Origin: Gaiellaceae bacterium
Lineage (GTDB): Bacteria > Actinomycetota > Thermoleophilia > Gaiellales > Gaiellaceae
Assembly: GCA_046262315.1 (NCBI GenBank)
Contig: JBHEMZ010000054.1
Span: 267 to 64,266 of the forward strand
DNA length: 64,000 bases
Direction of reading: 5' to 3'
Shown here in pieces: positions 25,950 to 33,405 of the stretch. Both the position numbers and the translations under genes were made by a program. The notes under the pieces are model-generated. The model made no database searches. It saw nothing but the letters and a program-made list of their open reading frames with translations, and was not told the DNA's origin. Within the stretch, counting starts at the first letter, position 1. Each line of letters opens with the position of its first letter.

Positions 25950-26370
25950 GGGCGTAGGCACCACCCCGGCGCCGGGCCGTTTGCCTGGAGGTCTACGGTG
26001 GCGCCGTACTCGCGCGTCGCCCTCGATCTTGGCCGCGCTCGCGACTCTCCACATCACGACAAGGCAGTCGACGCCTTCTAGCGCCGCGGCGTGACGGGAG
26101 CGCCTGAGCGGTGGTTGGCCGCCGAGATCCCGATCACGCCGGCGCGCTTCTCGTCCGCCGTCAACGCGGCTAGGTTGGTGAGCGCGCCACGCGGCTTGAA
26201 CGACCCCATGCGCTGGAACAGCTCGGCCTCGAGGCGCACGTCGGCGCCGGTCCGCCGCGACAGCGTCGCGGACGTGAGCGTCGGCGTGCGGTGCAGACGC
26301 CGTTCAACCGCCTCGCGGGCGCGGTGAGCATCGTCCGGCGACGGGAAACGGCACGTGCCGATCGTAGGCC
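25950..26370 (-). pseudogene. Decayed and truncated PLP-dependent threonine/serine dehydratase-like gene
   Basis: Family-like pieces are spread over three frames with an in-frame stop: HRTPTLTSATLSRRTGADVRLEAELFQRMGSFKPRGALTN...GVIGISAANH / AQAL / GVDCLVVM...AKIEG / EYGATVDLQ. Only the N-terminal ~140 residues remain. Confidence 0.55.
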
Positions 26371-26406
26371 AGACCCGCGGACCGCCTCAGCGGCGTGCGT
26401 AGGCGC

Positions 26407-29400
26407 TCATGGGGCGCAGAGGGTCTTCCCGTTCAGGAAGAACGCTTCGTGGACGTCGGTCGGCCCTGACCCCTGGACGATGCCGCCGCCCGCGATGTAG
26501 ATGCCACCGTCGCAAACCGCGGCTTGGACGCCGTGCCGCGCCGTCGGCATCGGCGAGAGCGCCCGCCAAGAGTTCGCGCCCGGGTCGTAGGCCTCCACGG
26601 TGTTGAACACCTTGCCGCCGCCCTCGCCGCCGATGACGACAATCTCGCCGCCCATCGCGGTCGCGGCGAAGCCGCCGCGCGCCGTCGGCAGCGGCGCGAA
26701 GCCGGTCTTCCACGAGCCGGACGGGAAGTCGTACGCGTCGTTGGCGGTCGTCGTGGCATTGATGTCCTTGTTGCGTCCGCCGATCGCCCAGAACTTGCCG
26801 TTGAGAACGACGGCGTGGAAGTGGTCGCGTGCGCGCGGCATGTCCGGCAGCTGCTGCCACGTGTTCGCAACCGGGTCGTACACGTCGAACCACGGGACCG
26901 CGATGCCGTTGTTCAAGCCGCCGGCGTAGTAGATCTTGCCGTTGTGCACGGCGACCCCGCCTGCGCCGCGCGGCCTCGGCATCGGCGCCCCCTGCGTGAA
27001 CGTGTTCGTCGTCGGGTTGTAGACGTAGACCGAGGCCACTGCCGGCGACGGCCACGACGCGAGTCCGCCGACGTAGTAGATCCGCGCCCCGTACTCGACG
27101 CCTTGAATGTGGTCGAGCGCGGCCGGGAGCGGCGCGACCTCCGTCCACGAGTCGACCGCGGGGTCGTACGCGTACTGATTCGTCCCACCGCCGGCGAGGT
27201 ACAGCTTCCCGCCCGCTTGCACGAACGAGACCTCCTGCCGCGCGACCGGGAGCTTCCCGCGACTCTCCCACGAGCCCACCGGCTTGCCGCTGCCGTCGAG
27301 GACCTCGATGAAGTCCCAGCTTGCCGGGAACTCCGGCGCGGGGCCTGCCGAGGTGGAGATGATGCCGACCGCGAGGCCCCTCGTCGCCGTGAACCAGCCG
27401 GCGGGGATCGGCTCGGCGGCACCGAGCAGAGTTCGCGTACCGGGCGTCCCGTCGATCGTCACGACGTAACTGGGCTGGACGGTCTTCGCAGCCACGTTGA
27501 CCTCGAAGTAGAGATCGATCGCGCTCGGGCCGGGCAGCGCGACCGCAGACGTGCGCGCCGCGCTCGTCACGGCGCCCGCCTCCTTGAGGAAGGCGACGGC
27601 CCCGGGGCCGCCGTTCGCCGAGACGACGATCTTCACGTAGTTGTCTTGGTCGCCGGCCCCGACGAAGAGGCCCATCGACTGGTTGCCCTGCGGCACGAGA
27701 CCGGCGAAGGGGGCGAGGACGCGTGTGTGTGCCGTGAACGAGCCGCTCGTCGGGGGCTTGACGCCGAACTGGAAACCGTACTTCTGCGTGTTCGTCGTTC
27801 CGAGCGCGTCGCCCTCGGCCACCTTGTCGACCGTCGTCACGCCCGCGGCGCCGCCCGCCGTCATGTTGGCCGGGTCGAACAGCGACTCGTAGTTCGCCGT
27901 CCCGTTCGTCATCAACCCGGTGAATCCGAGCCCGAGGAGGCCGCCGGCGCGCGGCGCGTCGTTGTCCCACGAGTACCGAACCGGAATCGTCGTCGCGGTT
28001 CCGTTGGTGCCGTCGACGGCGAACGGGTCGGACGTGTCAGGAAGCGTGTCGTTGTCGTCGTCCGGGTCGTTGAGGTCCGAGATCTTGTCTCCGTCGGCGT
28101 CCTTGGGCACGTCGGCCGCCGAGCACGGGCTCGTCCCGTTGTCGATCTCGTCGGCGTTCTTGAACCCGTCGCCGTCCTCGTCGCTCGTCCACGAGTCGAC
28201 GCCCGTGCAGGTGATCGGTGCAGCGCCGCCGAGGTCGTTCGGCTCGAAGACCACGATCGAGCCGTTGCCGTGGTCTCCGACCCAGATCGTCCCCGGGAAC
28301 GTGGTGCCGTCCCCCAGCGTCGTGACGTCGAGCGGCACCGAGCCGACGGTCGAGAACAGCGCCTGCTTGAGCGTCACCGCGTTCCCGGAGCTCGAAAGCT
28401 CGATCCGGTAGATCTTGTTGTCGAACGACGCGGTGAGGAGATCGCCCTTCAGGGCGCCGCCGAAGTTCGAGGCCGTGTACTCCGTCAAGCCGTTGGTCGA
28501 GGCGGAGAAGCTCGTAAGCGCCCCGCGCACCGAGGGCGGGCGGTAGTCGCATTCCACGGGATTTGCGGTTGGCACGGGCGACTGCTTGTTGAACGTGTTG
28601 GACTGGTTGCCGCGAGTCGGGTTCGGATGGCCACCGTAGTAACCGGCGGCGGAGACGAAGTGCAGGGTGTCCGGTTCGGTCGCCCCCGCCTCGCTGATCT
28701 CGTTGGTGCAGACGCCGGAGGGTCCCTCGTTCTTCGGGATACCGCCCCATCCGGCGTTTCCGCCGTTGTCGATGGTGTACATCCGTCCGCTCGACGTGAG
28801 GACGAGGTCGTACGCGTTCCTGAAGCCCGCGGCGTACACCTGCACCGGGCCGCCTGCGACGACCTTCGCCTGGTTCGTGCCATCGTTTCCGCCGAAGGGG
28901 TCGTACTTGTCGGCCTTGCCCTTGCCCGTCAGCGTCGGCAGGTCGTACGTCGTGTTGCCGATGGCACCGAGGTTGATCTTCAGAATCGCCGCCGACAGCG
29001 CGAATTCAGGCAGCAGCGCAAAGTTGTTCGACGGCGCGCCCTCGTTGGTGTTCCCGCCCTGCGCGACGTACAGCATGTTGGTCGCGGCGTCGAACTGCAT
29101 GCCGTTTGCCGAGTGGTTCTCTTCGGAGCGCGGCAGGCCGCGAACGAGGTCGAGCTTCTGCCACGACGAGCCAGTCCACGTCAAACGAGACACCAGGCTG
29201 GAGTTCGTGTCGAGGCCGAGGTCCACCCCGGCGGGACCCGAGCCGATTCTCGGGTCACTCGATGTCGCGTAGATCACCGGGTTCGCCGCCGTGCCCGTGA
29301 CGAGGATGCCGGTCACGATGCGAGTCATCACGCTCGGGTTCGGCCTGCCGTCGTCGTTGTGGTTCGGGATGTCCCGGATTCCCGTAAGCGTCTCGGTGGC

Positions 29401-30453
29401 GCTGACCGAGTACGCGTTCGGCCCGTTGCGCTTGACGGTGTAAATCTTGATCAGGCCATCGAGTTGGGCAACGTAGAGCCGCCCGTCGGGGCCGAACTGG
29501 AGCGACGTTACCTGCGACGACGTCTCGCCAGCGAGCAGACTCTTTCCGAAGCCGATCGGCGCGGCGGCGCCGGCTTGACCGCTCAACGGGATCGAGACCG
29601 TGTTCGCGCCGGACTGGGCGACGTGGAGCATCGCCGACTTGGCGCCCATCGTCGTGGGAGCAAACGTCACGTTGAGCGCCGCCGACGCGCCCGGTGCCAG
29701 CGTCACGCTGCCGGCGTCGTCAAAGGAGTCCTTGAACTGCGCCGCCTCGACGCCCGTGATCGAAGTCGAGTCGATGACAATCGCGGGGTCACCGGCACTG
29801 CCGACGTTCGTCAGCGTCACCTGCTTCTGGCCCGTCTGACCCACCGAGACCGACCCAAAGGAGACGTTTGTCGGCAGCGCACCGAGCTGGTTCGGCGCCG
29901 CCGCGACGATCTCGATGCCGTTGACCGCAGGGTTTTGGACGACGTGGCCGAAGTCGACGTCCAGCGAAGCGTCGCTCTTGACGAGAATTCGCTTGACGAC
30001 ACCCTTGTTGCCACCCACCGCGGCGTAGACGTCGTAGTCGTCGAGAGCGAGCTTGCCCTCGACGGAGACGTCGAAGACCCGGTTGCCGACGGCCATCGCG
30101 CCGCTGTAGATCTCCGCCAGGTAGAGCCGTACCTCGTAGGCGCCCGCCTCGACCGGGAGATCCCACTGCATCTCCGGCGCCGTGACGGGGTCCCAGCGCT
30201 CCGTCTGGAAGACCGCGGCGGGGGTGCCTACCGGGACGGACGGATCCGTCACGTTGATCGCGGTCGACGTTGCGTAGGTCTTCGTCGCCGACGAGTTCGA
30301 GTACGGGGAAGGCGCGGTTGCTGTATCAGCCGTCCAGCCCGTTAGAGTCGGGCCGCCGACATTGATGCGGTGGACGACGGAGCCCGGCGTGGCGGTCATT
30401 CCGGCCGACGCGAGCAGGCCCGCGAGTACGAAAGCGACCGCAGCTAGCTTCAC
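26407..30453 (-). CDS. Large secreted multidomain protein
   Basis: 1348 aa from the GTG preceded by GGGGGAG.
- Domain order: signal peptide, malectin, ASH/PapD-like, glucose/sorbosone-dehydrogenase-like beta-propeller, TSP3-type Ca-binding repeats, lectin-like domain, Kelch beta-propeller.
- Malectin: INVGG...FQTERW...YEVRLYLAEIY...NRVFDVSVEG...VNGIEIV.
- Propeller: GFRNAYDLVL...YTIDNGGNAGWGG.
- TSP3 repeats: DEDGDGFKNADEIDNGT...DADGDKISDLNDPDDDND.
- Kelch repeats: GKLYLAGG, ARIYYVGG, GKIYYAGG, GKFWAIGG, GEIVVIGG, GGIYIAGG. Confidence 0.85.
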   Translation of the reverse strand: MKLAAVAFVLAGLLASAGMTATPGSVVHRINVGGPTLTGWTADTATAPSPYSNSSATKTYATSTAINVTDPSVPVGTPAAVFQTERWDPVTAPEMQWDLPVEAGAYEVRLYLAEIYSGAMAVGNRVFDVSVEGKLALDDYDVYAAVGGNKGVVKRILVKSDASLDVDFGHVVQNPAVNGIEIVAAAPNQLGALPTNVSFGSVSVGQTGQKQVTLTNVGSAGDPAIVIDSTSITGVEAAQFKDSFDDAGSVTLAPGASAALNVTFAPTTMGAKSAMLHVAQSGANTVSIPLSGQAGAAAPIGFGKSLLAGETSSQVTSLQFGPDGRLYVAQLDGLIKIYTVKRNGPNAYSVSATETLTGIRDIPNHNDDGRPNPSVMTRIVTGILVTGTAANPVIYATSSDPRIGSGPAGVDLGLDTNSSLVSRLTWTGSSWQKLDLVRGLPRSEENHSANGMQFDAATNMLYVAQGGNTNEGAPSNNFALLPEFALSAAILKINLGAIGNTTYDLPTLTGKGKADKYDPFGGNDGTNQAKVVAGGPVQVYAAGFRNAYDLVLTSSGRMYTIDNGGNAGWGGIPKNEGPSGVCTNEISEAGATEPDTLHFVSAAGYYGGHPNPTRGNQSNTFNKQSPVPTANPVECDYRPPSVRGALTSFSASTNGLTEYTASNFGGALKGDLLTASFDNKIYRIELSSSGNAVTLKQALFSTVGSVPLDVTTLGDGTTFPGTIWVGDHGNGSIVVFEPNDLGGAAPITCTGVDSWTSDEDGDGFKNADEIDNGTSPCSAADVPKDADGDKISDLNDPDDDNDTLPDTSDPFAVDGTNGTATTIPVRYSWDNDAPRAGGLLGLGFTGLMTNGTANYESLFDPANMTAGGAAGVTTVDKVAEGDALGTTNTQKYGFQFGVKPPTSGSFTAHTRVLAPFAGLVPQGNQSMGLFVGAGDQDNYVKIVVSANGGPGAVAFLKEAGAVTSAARTSAVALPGPSAIDLYFEVNVAAKTVQPSYVVTIDGTPGTRTLLGAAEPIPAGWFTATRGLAVGIISTSAGPAPEFPASWDFIEVLDGSGKPVGSWESRGKLPVARQEVSFVQAGGKLYLAGGGTNQYAYDPAVDSWTEVAPLPAALDHIQGVEYGARIYYVGGLASWPSPAVASVYVYNPTTNTFTQGAPMPRPRGAGGVAVHNGKIYYAGGLNNGIAVPWFDVYDPVANTWQQLPDMPRARDHFHAVVLNGKFWAIGGRNKDINATTTANDAYDFPSGSWKTGFAPLPTARGGFAATAMGGEIVVIGGEGGGKVFNTVEAYDPGANSWRALSPMPTARHGVQAAVCDGGIYIAGGGIVQGSGPTDVHEAFFLNGKTLCAP

Positions 30454-31302
30454 CACTCCCCCGTGCCGGCTTCGACCACCGACTCGGCCGATCACGAGCC
30501 GAAGCCCGCATACGACTCGCGGCACGAGAACGAGGCTACGGTGACGACGTGGTAATCAGCAGCGTCTCGAACGCCGGCGTCGCGTCGCTCCGGCGAGGCG
30601 GAGTGCGATGAGGCGCTCCCGCGCTTGCTCGTTATCGATCCTCCTCGTCCAAAAGCGTCGTTTCTCACCACGAGTAGTGATTACCATATGGCACCACGGC
30701 TAAGGGTCTCAACCCAAGCGCGGCAGCGGCGAGCGCCGCTGCGAGCAGGACGAGCGCGATTGCGCAAGCCATCTAGTCGCTGGACGCTCACGGTGACCGC
30801 CGGTCAGACCGCGACCGCGACGATGACGCTCGTCCGCAACTGGGCGTCGACATCACGGTGAAGCTGGGTGGAGGAGCATGCTTCGTGCGGGCGCTGAACC
30901 GGCCGTCGCCGTGGCGGCGTTCGTCGTCGCCGACCTGCCGGCCGCGGACGCCGTGCCCTTGACGCCCATCGTCAGGAGCCCGTCGCGCGTGTTGTTGAGG
31001 CCGCCGGGACCTGGCGGAACGTGAGGACGTGGCCGTCGCTGCCTGTGAGCGGGCGCGGTCAGCTGTCCGTCTTGAGGCTGTCGAGCAACGCGAGCCGGAA
31101 GAGCGCCTTGTTCGCGGCCAGCCAGTTTCCGCGCCGCTGCCTCCGCGGTCACCCCGGACGCGGTTCCGAGAAGCCGGATGCGGTCGAACCTACTCCACTC
31201 GGGCGAAAAGGGAAAATTGCTATCGGTCCGAGCGCGATCGGACGCGCCCCCCGCAGCCCCGCCTTTAGTGGAGGTATGGAGCCCGTTCCCGGCGCATGTT
31301 TT

Positions 31303-31320
31303 GCACATGTGTTAATGTGC
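31303..31320 (+). promoter_or_regulatory. Candidate vapBC operator (GCACA-N8-TGTGC, containing the palindrome CACATGTG)
   Basis: An inverted repeat in a locally AT-rich patch, 6 nt upstream of the vapB ATG. Autoregulation of TA modules at such sites is established; assigning that role here is inference. Confidence 0.3.
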
Positions 31321-31325
31321 TGGCC

Positions 31326-31559
31326 ATGTCGAAGATGATCCAGATCCGCAACGTCCCCGAAAACCTCCACCGCCGGCTGAAGAGCCGCGCGGCCGAACAG
31401 GGCCTCACGCTTTCGGACTTCCTCTTGCGCATGGCCGAGCGGGAGGCGGAGCTTCCGACCATCGAGGAGCTCACGGAGCGGATCCGCCGCCGTGGTCCGG
31501 CGCACGCCGGCGTGGCGAGCGCCGAGATCGTGCGCGAGCTGCGTCACGAGAACGGTTGA
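31326..31559 (+). CDS. vapB: Type II antitoxin, ribbon-helix-helix (FitA/VapB-like)
   Basis: MIQIRNVPENLHRRLKSRAAEQGLTLSDFLL is the typical RHH antitoxin N-terminus. The gene overlaps the PIN gene by 4 nt. Confidence 0.8.
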   Translation: MSKMIQIRNVPENLHRRLKSRAAEQGLTLSDFLLRMAEREAELPTIEELTERIRRRGPAHAGVASAEIVRELRHENG

Positions 31560-31945
31560 TCGTCCTCGACAGCTCGGCCGCCGTCGACTTCGTCGCGCGC
31601 CTCGGTTTCGGGGAGTGGGTTGGCGCGGCGATCCGGGCGGAGCCGACCGTGCACGCGCCCCACGTGCTGGACGTCGAGGTTCTCGGAGCTCTGCGCAGGC
31701 TTGTGCTCCGAGCCCTGATCACAGAGGACGAGGCACACGGCGCCTTGGAGGATTTCAAAGCTCTGCGGGTCCGCCGGTACCCGCACGTGCCCTTCGTCGC
31801 TCGGATCTGGGAGCTACGGCAGACGCTCTCGCCGCCGGACGCGGCATTCGTCGCGCTCGCCGAGGCGCTCGACGCTCGGCTCGTGACCACGGACCAGCGA
31901 CTCGCGCGCGCCCCCGGTCTGGCAGTGGAGGTGCTCGCTCCATGA
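31556..31945 (+). CDS. vapC: PIN-domain ribonuclease toxin
   Basis: IVLDSSAAVDF (first acidic residue), a conserved E (LDVEVLGAL), DAAFVALAEAL and RLVTTDQRL. The TTG start overlaps the vapB stop. Confidence 0.85.
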   Translation: MIVLDSSAAVDFVARLGFGEWVGAAIRAEPTVHAPHVLDVEVLGALRRLVLRALITEDEAHGALEDFKALRVRRYPHVPFVARIWELRQTLSPPDAAFVALAEALDARLVTTDQRLARAPGLAVEVLAP

Positions 31946-33069
31946 CCTTCGCGGTGGTCGCGACCGACGGCGACGCCCGCGCCGGCGTCCTGCGCACTGC
32001 CCACGGCGAGGTGCCGACGCCCGCGTTCATGCCCGTGGGCACGAAGGGGACGGTCAAGGGCGTCGACCCCGACGAGTTGCGCGCGCTTGGCGCGCCGATC
32101 GTGCTCGGTAACACGTACCACCTGCACTTCCGCCCGGGCGCCGACGCGATTGCGGAGCTCGGCGGCCTGCACCGCTTCATGGGCTGGGACGGCCCGATCC
32201 TCACCGACTCGGGCGGCTTCCAGGTCTTCTCGCTGCGCCACACGATCGTTGCCGCGGACGACGAGAGCGTCACGTTCCGGTCCGTGTACGACGGGGACAC
32301 CGCGCGCTTCACGCCACAGGCAGTCGCGGCGGTGCAGGCGCAGCTCGGCTCGGACGTCGCCATGTGCCTCGACGTCTGCCCCCCGGCGGGCGCAACGCGC
32401 GAGGAGCTTGCCGCCGCAGTCCGCCGCACCTCCATTTGGGCCGCCCGCCAGCGCCACGCCCACCGCGCACCAGGCCAGCTCCTGTTCGGGATCAGCCAGG
32501 GCGGCGTCGACGACGAGCTGCGGCGGCGCTCGATCGACGAGCTCGTTCCGCTCAACTTCGACGGGTACGCGATCGGCGGCCTCTCCGTCGGTGAGCCGCG
32601 CGACCTCACCTTCGAGGCTGTCGCCCGTGCCGCCCCACTGCTGCCCGCCGACCGTCCCCGCTACTTCATGGGCATCGGCGACTCGCAGGGCATCCTCGAG
32701 GTGATCGAGCGCGGCGTGGACATGTTCGACTGCGTGCTGCCGACCCGTCTGGGGCGCACCGGGACAGCGCTGACGGCCGCGGGCCGCCTCAACCTTCGCA
32801 ATGCCGGCTTCGCTCGCGACTCCGCGCCGCTCGAGGACGGCTGCGCGTGCCCGACCTGCTCCCGCTTCTCGCGCGCGTACCTCCGGCACCTCGTCAACCA
32901 GCAGGAGCTGCTAGGCCTGCGCCTGCTGACGCTCCACAATCTGTACTTCCTGCTCCGTCTGACTGCGGGCGCGCGGGCCGCGATCGAGCGCGGCGAGCTA
33001 GCATCCTTCAAGGCCGAGGCGCTCGCCCGGCTGCGCGAACCGTCCCGGGAGGCAGCTTGCAGCCACTGA
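31942..33069 (+). CDS. tgt: Queuine tRNA-ribosyltransferase (tRNA-guanine transglycosylase)
   Basis: TPAFMPVGT, LGNTYHL, ILTDSGGFQVFS, GYAIGGLSVGE, the zinc site CACPTCSRFSRAYLRHL, and HNLYF. The ATG overlaps the vapC stop (ATGA). Confidence 0.93.
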   Translation: MTFAVVATDGDARAGVLRTAHGEVPTPAFMPVGTKGTVKGVDPDELRALGAPIVLGNTYHLHFRPGADAIAELGGLHRFMGWDGPILTDSGGFQVFSLRHTIVAADDESVTFRSVYDGDTARFTPQAVAAVQAQLGSDVAMCLDVCPPAGATREELAAAVRRTSIWAARQRHAHRAPGQLLFGISQGGVDDELRRRSIDELVPLNFDGYAIGGLSVGEPRDLTFEAVARAAPLLPADRPRYFMGIGDSQGILEVIERGVDMFDCVLPTRLGRTGTALTAAGRLNLRNAGFARDSAPLEDGCACPTCSRFSRAYLRHLVNQQELLGLRLLTLHNLYFLLRLTAGARAAIERGELASFKAEALARLREPSREAACSH

Positions 33070-33383
33070 TCTTCATCGGCGTGATGGTCGTGCTGATGTA
33101 CGTGCTCTTGATCGCGCCGCAGCGCCGCCGTCAGGCCGCGCAGCGCCGCATCCTCGAGGACGTGTCGGTCGGCGACGAGGTGCTGACCGCAGGCGGCGTC
33201 TACGCGACTGTCCAGGCCGTGCGTGAGGACGATCTCACCGTCGAGATCGCGCCCGGTACAAGCGTCCGCCTCGACAAGCGGGCGGTCGCGCTCGTGCTCA
33301 GCGAGGACGATTCGGCGGACGGCGAGGCGGAGCCCGCCGAGACGGCCGAGGACGAGGAGCCGACAGAGGCGGCACGAACCTAG
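33057..33383 (+). CDS. yajC: Preprotein translocase subunit YajC
   Basis: A single TM helix followed by LLIAPQRRRQ and VGDEVLTAGGVYATV. A TTG start is proposed (GTG 33081 or ATG 33084 are possible). The position between tgt and secDF is canonical. Confidence 0.8.
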   Translation: MQPLIFIGVMVVLMYVLLIAPQRRRQAAQRRILEDVSVGDEVLTAGGVYATVQAVREDDLTVEIAPGTSVRLDKRAVALVLSEDDSADGEAEPAETAEDEEPTEAART

Positions 33384-33405
33384 TCGCTACCCTGAGGTCT
33401 CCCGC

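Noticed and set aside
26524-30345. A 1273-aa ORF on the plus strand
   Set aside because: It is exactly antisense to the giant secreted-protein gene. The sequence is Arg-rich with no recognisable domains. The minus-strand frame carries six recognisable domain types.
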